From a virus: a stretch of DNA of 64,000 nt. Where the stretch lies: positions 18,545 to 82,544 of IMG/VR virus record IMGVR_UViG_3300010430_000017; one strand, 5' to 3'. The position numbers and the translations under genes are program-made. Below, piece after piece: positions 29,985 through 40,082 of this stretch (position 1 is the first letter of the stretch; every line of letters begins with the position of its first letter). Under the pieces are notes generated by a model. That model searched no databases. It was not told the DNA's origin and saw only the letters and a program-made list of their open reading frames with translations.

Positions 29985-30593
29985 TCATTTAAGTATTCCC
30001 CACTGTTTTGCCATTGCTTCCGCGATACCTCTAAAAAACATAGATCTTCTCTTACTTCTATCTTTCCCAGGACTCATATACCAAATTCTTTGTTGTTCTT
30101 TAAGTGGTAGAGACTGCATTTCAATGAATACATTATTTGTTCCAATAAGGTTCGGTAAATTATAATTCCATAATCCTGTTTTCTTCTTCTCAGGGTGTCC
30201 AAACATATATGGCTGAATATATTGGGAAGGCTTCTTAAGATTACTTTGTGTGGATAAAACACCCACAGGATTTTCGAAACAAACCCTGTTTCCTTTCTTC
30301 TTACATAGATTCCATAACTGTTCTGTCCATTCTATACTCTCCTGTCTCTTTTTTGTATTAGAATAATATCTATTCCCAGCAACACACAGGTATGTGCAGG
30401 GAGGGTGGCAGATAATTAAGTCATAGAACCCATCTTCTGTATTTTCTAAGATTTCCACTACATCGTGCATTATATGGTCGCCGTAAAGCGACTCACTTGG
30501 TAAAATATCACAACTTATGGCATAATGGCCTTCTCGGATAAATTCATCCCTTACTATCCCAGAATACTCACACCCAACAAAAACCCTCATCAA
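29985..30593 (-). CDS. small phage DNA cytosine-C5 methyltransferase-like protein
   Basis: V.VGCEYSG, SCDI, HPPCTYL (motif IV), ENP (motif VI), GIAEAMA.QW. Confidence 0.75.
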   Translation of the reverse strand: MMRVFVGCEYSGIVRDEFIREGHYAISCDILPSESLYGDHIMHDVVEILENTEDGFYDLIICHPPCTYLCVAGNRYYSNTKKRQESIEWTEQLWNLCKKKGNRVCFENPVGVLSTQSNLKKPSQYIQPYMFGHPEKKKTGLWNYNLPNLIGTNNVFIEMQSLPLKEQQRIWYMSPGKDRSKRRSMFFRGIAEAMAKQWGILK

Positions 30594-31147
30594 ATACTCC
30601 TAATATGAATAGGTGCAGTAACACCACTACAAAGACCAATAGAAGCTTCCAGGGCTTTTGTTATTGTACTTTCGGGATCAATAATTTCTTGGTTATTATA
30701 AATATGATGCAGAACACCATAAGCATAGGAACTCCCGGAACCAATTGCGTAGTACGGTTCTGTTGTCTCGACTACTTGGAAAGCTGGATCAATTAGAAAT
30801 AGTCTTCCATGAATTCCGACAAGATAATTATCGGAATGTTCTTCTACTCCGAGATCATTAGCTGAATAACCGCATTGCTTAAACAAATCCATGAGGTTAA
30901 TACTGAATGTTCTGCACATATAATTCTCAAGAGTTTGTTTCTCTGTATCAAATACAGGAAGCCAGTCATCAACATGCTTCATTAACTGACTTCCTCTGAT
31001 CATACCAGCGTATCCGACAAGCATTTGATCATTGAGTTTAATTACCTTGGGTCCAGTGAGTTTTCTTTCAAGATCCCCGAAAGTAGCACAGCTGTCTGAT
31101 CCGAAGTACGTCTTGTTCTTGTGTTTCAAAGCAATCACGCAGGTCAT
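30590..31147 (-). CDS. HslV/proteasome beta-type Ntn peptidase
   Basis: N-terminal MTCVI (Thr2 nucleophile), GSDS, conserved K, AIGSG..YA.G. Confidence 0.85.
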   Translation of the reverse strand: MTCVIALKHKNKTYFGSDSCATFGDLERKLTGPKVIKLNDQMLVGYAGMIRGSQLMKHVDDWLPVFDTEKQTLENYMCRTFSINLMDLFKQCGYSANDLGVEEHSDNYLVGIHGRLFLIDPAFQVVETTEPYYAIGSGSSYAYGVLHHIYNNQEIIDPESTITKALEASIGLCSGVTAPIHIRSI

Positions 31148-31254
31148 AGATTCTCCTTAATTATAATAAAAATGTCCTTAAACTTATCTCTAAATCTAAG
31201 GACATTCTATACTAAAACTATTTGTGTGTCAAGTGCTAATGTAAATTAACAATG

Positions 31255-31602
31255 TTATTTCTTATCTTCAAGTTTCTTGATCTTGGCCTTGAGTTTAGTC
31301 ACTTGTGACTTAGTGGTTCTTAGAGTATCAGTAACTTTCTTATTTTTGTCCGTTAGAACTTGTAATTGTTCTTTGAGATCAACAATATCCGCAGTTTCTT
31401 CTGTCTCGGAAATTTCCTTTCCGATTGTAGGGACAATATAAACATTCCCCATAGCCTTGATTGCATCCCAATTAAATTCATAGCCCTTCTTTGTATATTT
31501 CTCAATACCAGCGAAGATACCAAACAACAGATTCGAACTAATCTCCAAGCAATGCCCCATATCCGTTACTTGGTAGTGCTGCCCTTCCGCTGCTTTAATC
31601 AT
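31255..31602 (-). CDS. hypothetical protein with C-terminal coiled coil
   Basis: ORF with GAGG RBS. Confidence 0.6.
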   Translation of the reverse strand: MIKAAEGQHYQVTDMGHCLEISSNLLFGIFAGIEKYTKKGYEFNWDAIKAMGNVYIVPTIGKEISETEETADIVDLKEQLQVLTDKNKKVTDTLRTTKSQVTKLKAKIKKLEDKK

Positions 31603-31891
31603 TTACCTCTCCTTTTTGTAATTGCCCCCAAGGATTTGGGACAGAATTTACTTCAGTAATACACTCCAACCCAGTATCATGGTGTAAATTCTTAGTACAC
31701 CAGTCCTTGAAATCATCAATTGTTTCTTCATCATCATAACAATTGATGATGAGTTTGGCACAACTTTTTCTGTCCTTTCCAGCTTCGAAAGAAAAATTAT
31801 CGATCTCTAATTTTTCGAGTATATTTTCACCGTTATCTGTCTCTAACTCCACACCCATAACTGCATTTAAATTATTAAATGTTATCCTCAT
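31595..31891 (-). CDS. hypothetical protein (probable paralog of 37127..37339 and 62733..62957)
   Basis: Shared ..(G/D)E(N/D)I...L.I......C pattern. Confidence 0.6.
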   Translation of the reverse strand: MRITFNNLNAVMGVELETDNGENILEKLEIDNFSFEAGKDRKSCAKLIINCYDDEETIDDFKDWCTKNLHHDTGLECITEVNSVPNPWGQLQKGEVND

Positions 31892-32274
31892 ATATTATTA
31901 TCCTGGTTATTCAAAGCAAGTAAACAATACCCCATAATATCACCGTAGGGACTCTCCCCAAGAGCATCCTTATCTGTAGCAATTCTCATTAGTTTATCGA
32001 ATATACGAACAATAGTCAACATGTCTTGGTAGGAACTTACAGGAACTCCCTCTGGGTAAAGAATTTGAAGGAACTCTTCTGATTTACCCCAAGAATTGCC
32101 ATAAAATTTTTGTTTTTCTGCCACAAGATTAGCTATCTCTTTCGCTATTTCTTTGTAGTTATTAGGTTTTGGTGGTGTATCTTTGTTAGGTTTTGGTGTT
32201 TTACATAAAGGCATAGGCGTACGAGCACTTACCTCCGGCAAATTCCAATAAACAAAATCTTTTCTATCTATCAT
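31888..32274 (-). CDS. DUF1599-like all-alpha NTP-pyrophosphatase-fold protein
   Basis: EK...YGNSW, RI.DKL.RI, ESP..DI.GY. Confidence 0.7.
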   Translation of the reverse strand: MIDRKDFVYWNLPEVSARTPMPLCKTPKPNKDTPPKPNNYKEIAKEIANLVAEKQKFYGNSWGKSEEFLQILYPEGVPVSSYQDMLTIVRIFDKLMRIATDKDALGESPYGDIMGYCLLALNNQDNNI

Positions 32275-32699
32275 TATTTCCTCCCTGTACTCCCATATCC
32301 ACCTCTGTCTTTATTACCAAGACATTCTACTTCTATTAATTCAAATACCGGTTGTTTCTTTCTAATCCTGAACTGGCAAATTTTATCTCCTTCATTTATA
32401 AAACCATCTCTGGTGGCATAATAAGGCATGAACCAGATATCATTATCTCCGCAGTATGAATTATCAATAGCGCCTACTGAATTGGTTTGTAGAATGCCCC
32501 AGGTCTTAAAAGTACTACTTCTTGGTTTTACTTCTGCTTCGTAGCCTTCGGGGAGTTCCATTGCAATACCAAGACTAATTTTACCCCAGGTTCTCCTTTT
32601 CAAGAATGTGTCATCGTAAGAATAAAGATCAATCCAATCCCCTTTGGATATTTTCTTTAGTTTAGTAGCTCCGGGGAGATATTTAATTTTAATTTCCAC
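32274..32699 (-). CDS. dut: dUTPase (trimeric)
   Basis: [28 protein letters not shown]. Confidence 0.95.
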   Translation of the reverse strand: MEIKIKYLPGATKLKKISKGDWIDLYSYDDTFLKRRTWGKISLGIAMELPEGYEAEVKPRSSTFKTWGILQTNSVGAIDNSYCGDNDIWFMPYYATRDGFINEGDKICQFRIRKKQPVFELIEVECLGNKDRGGYGSTGRK

Positions 32700-32946
32700 T
32701 AATATTTAATCCTTGTCTCAATTAATTCTTTAGAAAAACTTTGAGCTTCAATCATAGGGATTATAATGCAGTCCATATATTCATCAAAGTCCTCTATATT
32801 TCTTTTTATGTAGATCTCTCCTCCGTTTTCTTCTCCATCCTGAATATTGTACCACACAACATTGGAAATATCTTGCTCAGGTGCAATCTCTCTGCATGTG
32901 TCACAACAACTGCAAGCTTCTTCGTACAGATCTTCTGGAATTTGCA

Positions 32947-33195
32947 TCAGTTACCCTCCATAATGGATTCATATTCTTTGTAGAATTCAAGTTCTTTCTC
33001 TTTCTTTTCCTGGTACTCATTCGTGTAGTGCAACTTTACCATTCTCTTTACAACAGCTGCCTTAACTCCGTATTTCTCTTCTGCTGCTTTAGCTACTACA
33101 TTGAGATCATTCTTAGCTGTGTCAAGATCATCAAAAAGATTAGACAATTCACCTTCGATAAGTTCCTTAAGTTCTTGCTTCTGTTCTTCTGTCAT
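32947..33195 (-). CDS. T4 DsbA/GapR-like dsDNA-binding protein
   Basis: Helical; A.EKYGV...V.RMVKLHY...Y.E.....E....YE pattern. Confidence 0.6.
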   Translation of the reverse strand: MTEEQKQELKELIEGELSNLFDDLDTAKNDLNVVAKAAEEKYGVKAAVVKRMVKLHYTNEYQEKKEKELEFYKEYESIMEGN

Positions 33196-33618
33196 ATTCT
33201 CTCCTCTTTTTATCGGACTTCCTCGAAAGCAATGCCCTTGTAATAAAGCTTCTTCATTTGTTGATAGAATGTGCGTCTATCCCCGCACTCAATTGCTCCA
33301 GTAGAAATTCCTTTCCTGGTTTGTGTTGTGTATTGCTTATCCTTTGGGGAATAGTCTTTGTATACAGCTTTCTTAATTCTTTTGGCTTTGGATTGTCTCA
33401 TTATTCCTCCTCAAAGTAATGCTTAATATTCTCAGTATCAATCTCAAAATCACTCAACTCAAGAGTTGCACACTGATGACAAAGTGTTGGGGAATCATAC
33501 CCCTGTGACTCCCATAAATCATCAGCTTTCTTTTCGAAGTCTTCTTCATTCTTTGCAAGAACACTACCAATACACGTAAACCCGTACGTTTTAATATAGA
33601 CTGGTATCTCTTTTGCCA

Positions 33619-34221
33619 TTATTCCTCCTGTTTAAAATTACCATAATATAGTCGTTTTTTATCTTCTTTATTAAGATCTCGTAAAAACCACGCATATCTT
33701 GTATTATCAAGATAGGGATTATCTATTACATTAAAACCAGAAATAATTGTATATTGTCCTTTTAGATTGTTAGCGAATTTCTCTACAAAATCCACACCAT
33801 TAGTACAGACAATTATTCTTTTGTTGGGGATCAAAGATAAAATAAGATCTGGATCTATATGATTCTCAAAAGCAACTTCCTCGTATCCTTGGGGGAATTT
33901 TCCAGAGTTCAAATTTAAAGGTATCCCATCCCGAGAGAACAAACCACACATTGCCCAAAAATTGGGATGATAATACAGAAAGCCAATATATTTAGCTCTC
34001 TCATTCAAAGCAAAAGTTACACCTGAACCTCGACCACTAAGAATGAACACCGGTTTGTTCATTTCTGGTTTACAATTCACAATAAGCTTTTGGAATTCTG
34101 TTAGAACTACTTGCTCTGGTCTACTCGGTTTAAAATTCATACAGTTTTTACAATCGCACATGATCCCTCCTAAGTTAATGATTATACATCCTTGCAGCCC
34201 CTCAAGGATTAAGGTATCCAC
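33619..34221 (-). CDS. degenerate terminase-ATPase-like protein
   Basis: LTEFQ, SGRGSGVT (Walker A Lys to Val), DNPYL..RY...L..L...DK.RL.YG.F. Confidence 0.55.
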   Translation of the reverse strand: MDTLILEGLQGCIIINLGGIMCDCKNCMNFKPSRPEQVVLTEFQKLIVNCKPEMNKPVFILSGRGSGVTFALNERAKYIGFLYYHPNFWAMCGLFSRDGIPLNLNSGKFPQGYEEVAFENHIDPDLILSLIPNKRIIVCTNGVDFVEKFANNLKGQYTIISGFNVIDNPYLDNTRYAWFLRDLNKEDKKRLYYGNFKQEE

Positions 34222-34320
34222 CGTCTATAGCCAGATTCGTTATTCGCAGGAGCAACCTTTGTATAATCAAGATTCATTCTTTTTATATTCTATACTAATT
34301 GTTTGTTGTTGTCAAGGGAT

Positions 34321-36633
34321 TTATCCACATTTACTAAATCCGCACTCCTTGCAAATCAGACATCCACCCTCATTGACATATGATGCTAAGCCGCATTCAG
34401 GACAGATTTTTCCAACAGATACTTCAGGATCTTCAATAGGAAGATACTTAGAAAGAATCCTCTTAAGAATTCCAGCAGCATCTACCATGGAATACGTACT
34501 CTTATTTAACTGATCTATAATCTCCTCCACAGGAATCCCGTATCTAAGGGACATTGAGCATACTCTGCATAGCGAATCCCATAGACTATTACGCTCCTGG
34601 AATAGAACAGGATTAAAAGTGCCATCTCCATTATGCCCACCCTCTTTAGGTAATTTAACAAATACCTCTATTGGATTCCCTTCCTGATCAATACTTACAT
34701 TAATGTAAATTTTACTTCCTTTCCAAGAAACTCTATGCCTCACTGCTGTCTCTTCATCAAGAAGCTCTTTCTCGTATAGTTCCGGCATTACGCATTCAGC
34801 TACTTCTTCAGTATCCGTACTTGAAAGAACACCTTCCTTGCAACCATCTCGAAAAACAGTGACACCTTTGAGACCCTTGGACCAAGCGTACTTATAAATC
34901 TCTTGGATAGTCTCCTTTTTGGTATCATTCGAAAGATTAATAGTAGAACTGATCGAGGCATCAATATTCTTCTGTAAAGCGGCTTGCACATTAATCCTAT
35001 CTTTCCAATGAATCTCATTAGCTTCAACGTAGCCCATCTTGTTCTTTGCTTGCTCAAGAGTAAGTCCTTTGAATTCATCTAAGTTATCAAGCATATGCTG
35101 TGCAGCCGGGAGATGGATGAAGGAGTATTCTTTATTATCAATTCTATTCTTTCTTTTATAGGAAAACTTAAATATAGGTTCAATTCCTGACGAACAATTC
35201 CCAGAAACAATACTAATACTACCACAAGGACCAATTGTGTTGAGAGATGTATTAGCAAGACCATAATCTAAGATATTCTCTTTTAATGCACCTTCTATCT
35301 TATACCATGGGTTATCAACAAAATTATTCCTTGCTGCTGTTGAACTCATAGCCTCACAGCATTTACCTTGGACAGCAAGATCATTGGATGCAACTAATTG
35401 TGAATACATTATAGAATCAGTGATATCATTAGCAAGATCTATGGAATCTTCATCTCCGTAAGTAAAACCTAATTTTTGACATAGATCTCCAAACCCTGTT
35501 AACTCAACACCAATCCTTTTACCAAATTTATCCACTGATCTTTGCTCAGCTAATGGGTGCAAGTCCTCATTCATATCAGAAAACAAGTTCATCAAGCGTG
35601 TAGCTACTTCTGCGTCCTCTTCTAAGGAAACAATATCAAGTCTCCCATGCAAAAGATAAAAAGGGAGCACAAACGCGCCAAGCAGGCAGTTTGAATCTCC
35701 AGCCATGGGTTGTTCAGAACATGCATTGTATCCAAACGGCTTCAAAGATTTATCAATATAAGTCCCAAAAGTATTTTTCTGTACTGTTGTGATGTATGAA
35801 GTTCCTGGATCTCCACAAATCCAAGCTGCCTCCGACAATTGACTCAAAACATCTCTTGCTTTGATAGTTTTATACTCTTTAAATTTACCTCCTATTTCAA
35901 ACCACTCATCATAATCACCATCCCAGCAAGAGTTATATAATTCTTTATCAGCCTCTATATCAGGAAAACAAAACGTCCAGTCCTCATCATTCTCTACAGC
36001 AGTCATAAATGAGTCAGTAAGTTTTAATGTTATATTAGCATTATTAATGGCCGGCAGTTCTTTTGTAAAAACATCTTCTTCAAAAACTTTCTCTGGCTTT
36101 GCTTTACTCCAAATAAAATCAAGTGTATCTGGGTGCCGACAATCAAGAGAGATCAGCAATGCTCCACGTCTACCAAACTGGCAGATTGTTTTAGTTAACT
36201 CAGAAAAACTTGGCATAAAACTAACAGCGCCGGATGAAGTTCTTGCTGCATTCTCTACGGAATGTCCTTTTGGTCTTAGAATGGATATATCTGTACCAAC
36301 GCCTCCTCTATAAGAGAAGGTTCTCGCAATCTGTTTATGTGCTTCATATATCCCTTCAATACTGTCATGCCTGATAGGAACATAATAGCAGTTACTAAAG
36401 CTGCTGGTTGCGCCTGAATTACAGGCACTCAGAATACTCCCAGCGGGAATGAACTTACCACTTCTTAGAAGTTCTTTCTGATCCTTGTCCGTGATGTTAC
36501 AACAATCAATAACTCCTTCAATTACATCTTTGATATCTTCATGCCCATATTTATTCTTTGTGACCATGGCCACGAAATCTTCATGCTCTGCAATACTCGT
36601 CTCCAACAACTCCTTTGTAATAACCTCAGTCAA
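34321..36633 (-). CDS. nrdJ: class II (B12-dependent) ribonucleotide reductase with C-terminal TSCPD and Zn ribbon
   Basis: FSNCY, GGVG, RRGA, NACSEQ, CLLG, PCGSIS..SSGIEP, SIS.TIN, KGVTVFRDG, CPECG..C.ECG.SKC; no nrdB seen in the window. Confidence 0.9.
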   Translation of the reverse strand: MTEVITKELLETSIAEHEDFVAMVTKNKYGHEDIKDVIEGVIDCCNITDKDQKELLRSGKFIPAGSILSACNSGATSSFSNCYYVPIRHDSIEGIYEAHKQIARTFSYRGGVGTDISILRPKGHSVENAARTSSGAVSFMPSFSELTKTICQFGRRGALLISLDCRHPDTLDFIWSKAKPEKVFEEDVFTKELPAINNANITLKLTDSFMTAVENDEDWTFCFPDIEADKELYNSCWDGDYDEWFEIGGKFKEYKTIKARDVLSQLSEAAWICGDPGTSYITTVQKNTFGTYIDKSLKPFGYNACSEQPMAGDSNCLLGAFVLPFYLLHGRLDIVSLEEDAEVATRLMNLFSDMNEDLHPLAEQRSVDKFGKRIGVELTGFGDLCQKLGFTYGDEDSIDLANDITDSIMYSQLVASNDLAVQGKCCEAMSSTAARNNFVDNPWYKIEGALKENILDYGLANTSLNTIGPCGSISIVSGNCSSGIEPIFKFSYKRKNRIDNKEYSFIHLPAAQHMLDNLDEFKGLTLEQAKNKMGYVEANEIHWKDRINVQAALQKNIDASISSTINLSNDTKKETIQEIYKYAWSKGLKGVTVFRDGCKEGVLSSTDTEEVAECVMPELYEKELLDEETAVRHRVSWKGSKIYINVSIDQEGNPIEVFVKLPKEGGHNGDGTFNPVLFQERNSLWDSLCRVCSMSLRYGIPVEEIIDQLNKSTYSMVDAAGILKRILSKYLPIEDPEVSVGKICPECGLASYVNEGGCLICKECGFSKCG

Positions 36634-36634
36634 T

Positions 36635-36910
36635 TTATTCCTCCAATACCTTCAAAATATTATCAATTCTTGTTTTTATATTCTTGAATTCATAGATGAT
36701 CTGTTCTTTCTCGTTTCTGAGATAATCATCTTCCTCGTCATCCCATCCTCGATCAGAGTCTCCATGTAGTAAGCAGAAATCCATCCAATAAACTGCTTCT
36801 AAATATCCATTAGTAGTTCTGTAAAAGTGGTCACATTCAAGACCCCAATCATCAGTTCCAACTCCAGATTCAGCTAATAGGTCTACTATTTCATGAGTTA
36901 CTTCCTTCAT
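36635..36910 (-). CDS. acidic hypothetical protein
   Basis: ORF with GAGG RBS. Confidence 0.6.
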   Translation of the reverse strand: MKEVTHEIVDLLAESGVGTDDWGLECDHFYRTTNGYLEAVYWMDFCLLHGDSDRGWDDEEDDYLRNEKEQIIYEFKNIKTRIDNILKVLEE

Positions 36911-37126
36911 AACCTCTCCTATATAATAAAATTAACTTCTCCAACACAACCACTCTGATACTTTGTCTGAAATTTATAGCACCATCCACAATCTTTGTCA
37001 AGACATTTGTTTGGTTTAGTAGATAATCCCTCACCTATCTTCCACGCTCTATAAACAGAATTATTCTGTATAATAGCTTCTTCGTATACATAATCACTGT
37101 AAATATCAATACAAGCTTGTTCTGCT

Positions 37127-37339
37127 TTACTCATTTTTATCCCTTTCCAAAGTACTTAAGAGATCCCCGCACAAGTTAATTTCAGACGGAATACACTTAA
37201 GCACTACTTTTACTCCTTCGTTGAATGGAAATTCAATATGAAGTTTTGAGATACACAAGTCCCCTGTAATATCCTCTCCTTTTGAGTTTAGTATACGAGT
37301 ATCATTAGTTGCTCCTGTTTCATTTATAACCTTAATCAT
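37127..37339 (-). CDS. hypothetical protein (paralog family)
   Basis: DTRILNSKGEDITGDLCI...VVLKC resembles 62733..62957. Confidence 0.6.
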   Translation of the reverse strand: MIKVINETGATNDTRILNSKGEDITGDLCISKLHIEFPFNEGVKVVLKCIPSEINLCGDLLSTLERDKNE

Positions 37340-37457
37340 TTCAGTTTATTCACCTTTCTTTTTATATAATCCTTAAAATAAAAATCCCTGTTATAATGCC
37401 AAGTAAGTACAGCCCAACAACAAAGTCCTCCGAAGATGTAACCAATTAAGAAATCCA

Positions 37458-38033
37458 TTATTCAAGGAATTCCTTATATTTTGCATTCTCTTTAAGATAA
37501 GCGCAAAACACCACCCATTCATTCAACTTATGGTTCTTTCTTTGTCCGATAATATGTCTAATTGTTTTATAGTTTGTGCAGACAATACGTCTCTGGAGAA
37601 ATCCTTCCGGGAGGTTCTTTTTTATCTGAGTAAATAGAGTACCTAAATCACCCTCATATTTATCACCTTTGTTTCCGTTCTTGACCCAATTATAAGCTTT
37701 AATTTTGAAATTTAATGCTTCAAGTGTTGATTGGAATATAGGTCCTTCAAAATCATCTTGTGTTAATTGTCTCTTGAGCAATGTATGCATTGTGCTACCT
37801 GATTGCTTAGTAACTCCAATTCGGTATGTATCTGCCTGTACCCACCAATCTCTGCTTGCAGTGATATCCAACCACAGACAGATACTTTCAAGAAATTTAC
37901 CATGAGAACCATTCTTATAAATCTTCCTTGCTACATTCCCCATTTCATGTACTGGTCGGTTGTACGATAGACTCAAGCCAAGCATGGCCTGTTCGTATCC
38001 TGACTCGTTTAAAATTTCAATGTTATACTTCAT
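37458..38033 (-). CDS. divergent ThyX/Thy1-like protein
   Basis: H.KFL..I...DI.A...WW...DTYR.G....S.STMH, LPEGFLQ.R....NY..IR....QR.NH.L.EW; lacks the canonical RHR motif. Confidence 0.65.
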   Translation of the reverse strand: MKYNIEILNESGYEQAMLGLSLSYNRPVHEMGNVARKIYKNGSHGKFLESICLWLDITASRDWWVQADTYRIGVTKQSGSTMHTLLKRQLTQDDFEGPIFQSTLEALNFKIKAYNWVKNGNKGDKYEGDLGTLFTQIKKNLPEGFLQRRIVCTNYKTIRHIIGQRKNHKLNEWVVFCAYLKENAKYKEFLE

Positions 38034-38215
38034 CTTCTTGTTCGAACTCCTTCTCTATATAATTACCGCATTCAGTACAAACATAGCACCACATATCCCA
38101 TATATCAAGGTATTCTTCCAAGAATTCCCCTATATACCCGCATACTTCGCACTCAGGAGGATCTTCTTCGTAGTGATCTATTTCAATATCCGAATTATAG
38201 ACATCATTGTTCATA

Positions 38216-38416
38216 TTATTCCCTTCGTCGAGTACCATGAGAAGGTTTCTCGAAACCACCGCATCCAGCAATCAGCTTTGCCGGTGAACACAACTCAATA
38301 CCAATTCTTTTAGATATCTTCCCACATAATTTGCAGTATGTAAAATTAGTTCCTATTTTCTCGATACTATCGAATTCTACTCCACATGTTAAACATTCAT
38401 ATGTATAAATACTCAT
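38216..38416 (-). CDS. FmdB-family zinc ribbon protein
   Basis: M.IY.YEC..CG..F......C..CG...KR....G.GF. Confidence 0.75.
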   Translation of the reverse strand: MSIYTYECLTCGVEFDSIEKIGTNFTYCKLCGKISKRIGIELCSPAKLIAGCGGFEKPSHGTRRRE

Positions 38417-38417
38417 A

Positions 38418-39320
38418 TTATAACTCCATCATCTCAATAACCGGTAAACGCCCATTCTCTAACAGCACAGCGCATCCAATTGCTTGTTTGGGGAATTCTT
38501 TAGCATACGCCATTGCATAACTTTCTCTATCAACACCGACAGGGACTTGCATCCCGAAGACTTTCTTTCCTCGTCCTACATGCCAATCAATGCTTGCTTT
38601 TGTATGAAAATGCCCCTGGCAAACATTCATCATCTCACTACCTGATTTTACACTTGCGGCCATATTCATTCCGTGTCTGAAAAGACACCCATTGTATTCA
38701 AAACTTGGTTGGAAGTTCCAATTGACACCAAGTACCTCAGCAAAGTCTTTAATCCACCTTTTTGAAACGCCCTCTTTATAAGCCTTACGAAGCAAAATCA
38801 AATCATGATTCCCGTGACATACATCGGCCTCGGGGAACGCTTTACTCCACTTCTGGAGTTCTTTAATAGCAAAATCAAGTTCATCTCCAGCACTCAAACC
38901 ATCAGGATCAGTTGCATGGAATGATGAGAAGTGGTTATCAATCAAGTCCCCCATGAAGATTACATGGTCACAATTATATTTATCATAAATTTCCGTACAA
39001 AAATCCAGATAATTTTTTAAAGTAAATGGCAAATGTAAATCCCCGATTAAGAGGATATTAGTAGGATGAATTTTCAATGGTACTTTTGATGTATTGGAGA
39101 ATTCTTTTAGATCTTGATCTATTGTAAACCAATCAGGCGCTTTGTCATCTTCAATATTGTACTCCGTGATTCTGCCCTTTTCATTTTCGTATAAAATATT
39201 AACTGGTTTTCTTTTACTCATGCACTGAAAACAATAATAATCCACCTTATTACTATTCTTGCGTCTATACTCAGCGCCGCACTTCCCCCATTCTCCACTG
39301 CATACTGGACATTTCAACAA
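38418..39320 (-). CDS. calcineurin-like metallophosphoesterase with N-terminal Zn finger
   Basis: IGDLH, GDLID, GNHD, HG, GHFH; N-terminal CxxC..CxxC. Confidence 0.9.
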   Translation of the reverse strand: MLKCPVCSGEWGKCGAEYRRKNSNKVDYYCFQCMSKRKPVNILYENEKGRITEYNIEDDKAPDWFTIDQDLKEFSNTSKVPLKIHPTNILLIGDLHLPFTLKNYLDFCTEIYDKYNCDHVIFMGDLIDNHFSSFHATDPDGLSAGDELDFAIKELQKWSKAFPEADVCHGNHDLILLRKAYKEGVSKRWIKDFAEVLGVNWNFQPSFEYNGCLFRHGMNMAASVKSGSEMMNVCQGHFHTKASIDWHVGRGKKVFGMQVPVGVDRESYAMAYAKEFPKQAIGCAVLLENGRLPVIEMMEL

Positions 39321-39520
39321 ATTATTTTACCTCCTTAATATTTTCAATAGCATCTGCTATACTCCTGCAATCTTCTGCTATACAATAACCATCACAAACA
39401 GAGTCATCATAACAGTACTTTGCATCTGGCCAATAATCCTCAATGTATTCCGCTGCAATCCTCAACATTTTTACTGCTCTCTCGATTTCTTCCATGTTGC
39501 TCCTAAAGTTTATATTTGAT

Positions 39521-39670
39521 GGGTCAAGAGAGGAATTGAACCTCTAACATGTATACTGTACCAGCAATCTTTATAAATCCCGGTTAAATATAAAGATTAG
39601 TCTTAACGGTTTTCGATTCCTATTCACCTGGACCACCTACGCTGTGCCTTACCAATTCAGCCACTTGACC
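39521..39670 (-). ncRNA. tRNA-shaped RNA with a 73-nt insert replacing the anticodon loop
   Basis: Acceptor GGTCAAG/CTTGACC; D arm GCTGAATTGGTAAGGC; stem CAGCG/TGCTG; 16-nt variable region; T arm AGAGG-TTCAATT-CCTCT. Confidence 0.75.
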
Positions 39671-39685
39671 TTAATTTCTAAACAC

Positions 39686-39713
39686 ATTATACCACAAATA
39701 AATATAATGTCAA
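39686..39713 (-). promoter_or_regulatory. sigma70 promoter for the tRNA-like RNA
   Basis: TTGACA-16 bp-TATAAT with an extended -10 (TGg). Confidence 0.8.
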
Positions 39714-39719
39714 TGATTA

Positions 39720-40082
39720 TTATTCACCGAACTCCTGTTTAATAAAGTTTCCGCTCAGATCGAAATAAATTACTGAGTAAAACCCAGGGTACCCACAAAA
39801 CTTGTCTGATCTTGTCTCTTTATCAAATCTATCATAATCAAATTCTTGGACTAATTCAATTTCCATGTATTCATCTTCCTCATTAACTTTACACTCAATA
39901 CCGAAACTCCTATACAAATCCACAAACCTCTCAAGATCAGTTCTTGAATCTTCTACTAAAAAAGGATTAAATTTTTGTTTATGCTCCACAAAATAATTAC
40001 AATTATTGCATTTAATCTTCCCAGTGGGATCTTCTTTCCATTCTTGGAGCCATGTTGATTTACATCTCGGGCATTTTTTCAT
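39720..40082 (-). CDS. hypothetical protein with N-terminal Zn ribbon
   Basis: CPRC..CNNC. Confidence 0.6.
   Translation of the reverse strand: MKKCPRCKSTWLQEWKEDPTGKIKCNNCNYFVEHKQKFNPFLVEDSRTDLERFVDLYRSFGIECKVNEEDEYMEIELVQEFDYDRFDKETRSDKFCGYPGFYSVIYFDLSGNFIKQEFGE

Noticed and set aside
29-36633. Inteins or introns in polA, helicase or nrdJ
   Set aside because: No C/S...HN-C/S/T splice junctions or LAGLIDADG motifs are seen and the catalytic motifs are contiguous; the long polA thumb-region insert shows no intein features.
39521-39670. tmRNA or tRNA-Sec/UGA suppressor
   Set aside because: No G3-U70, far too short for tmRNA, and no TCA anticodon in the insert on this strand.
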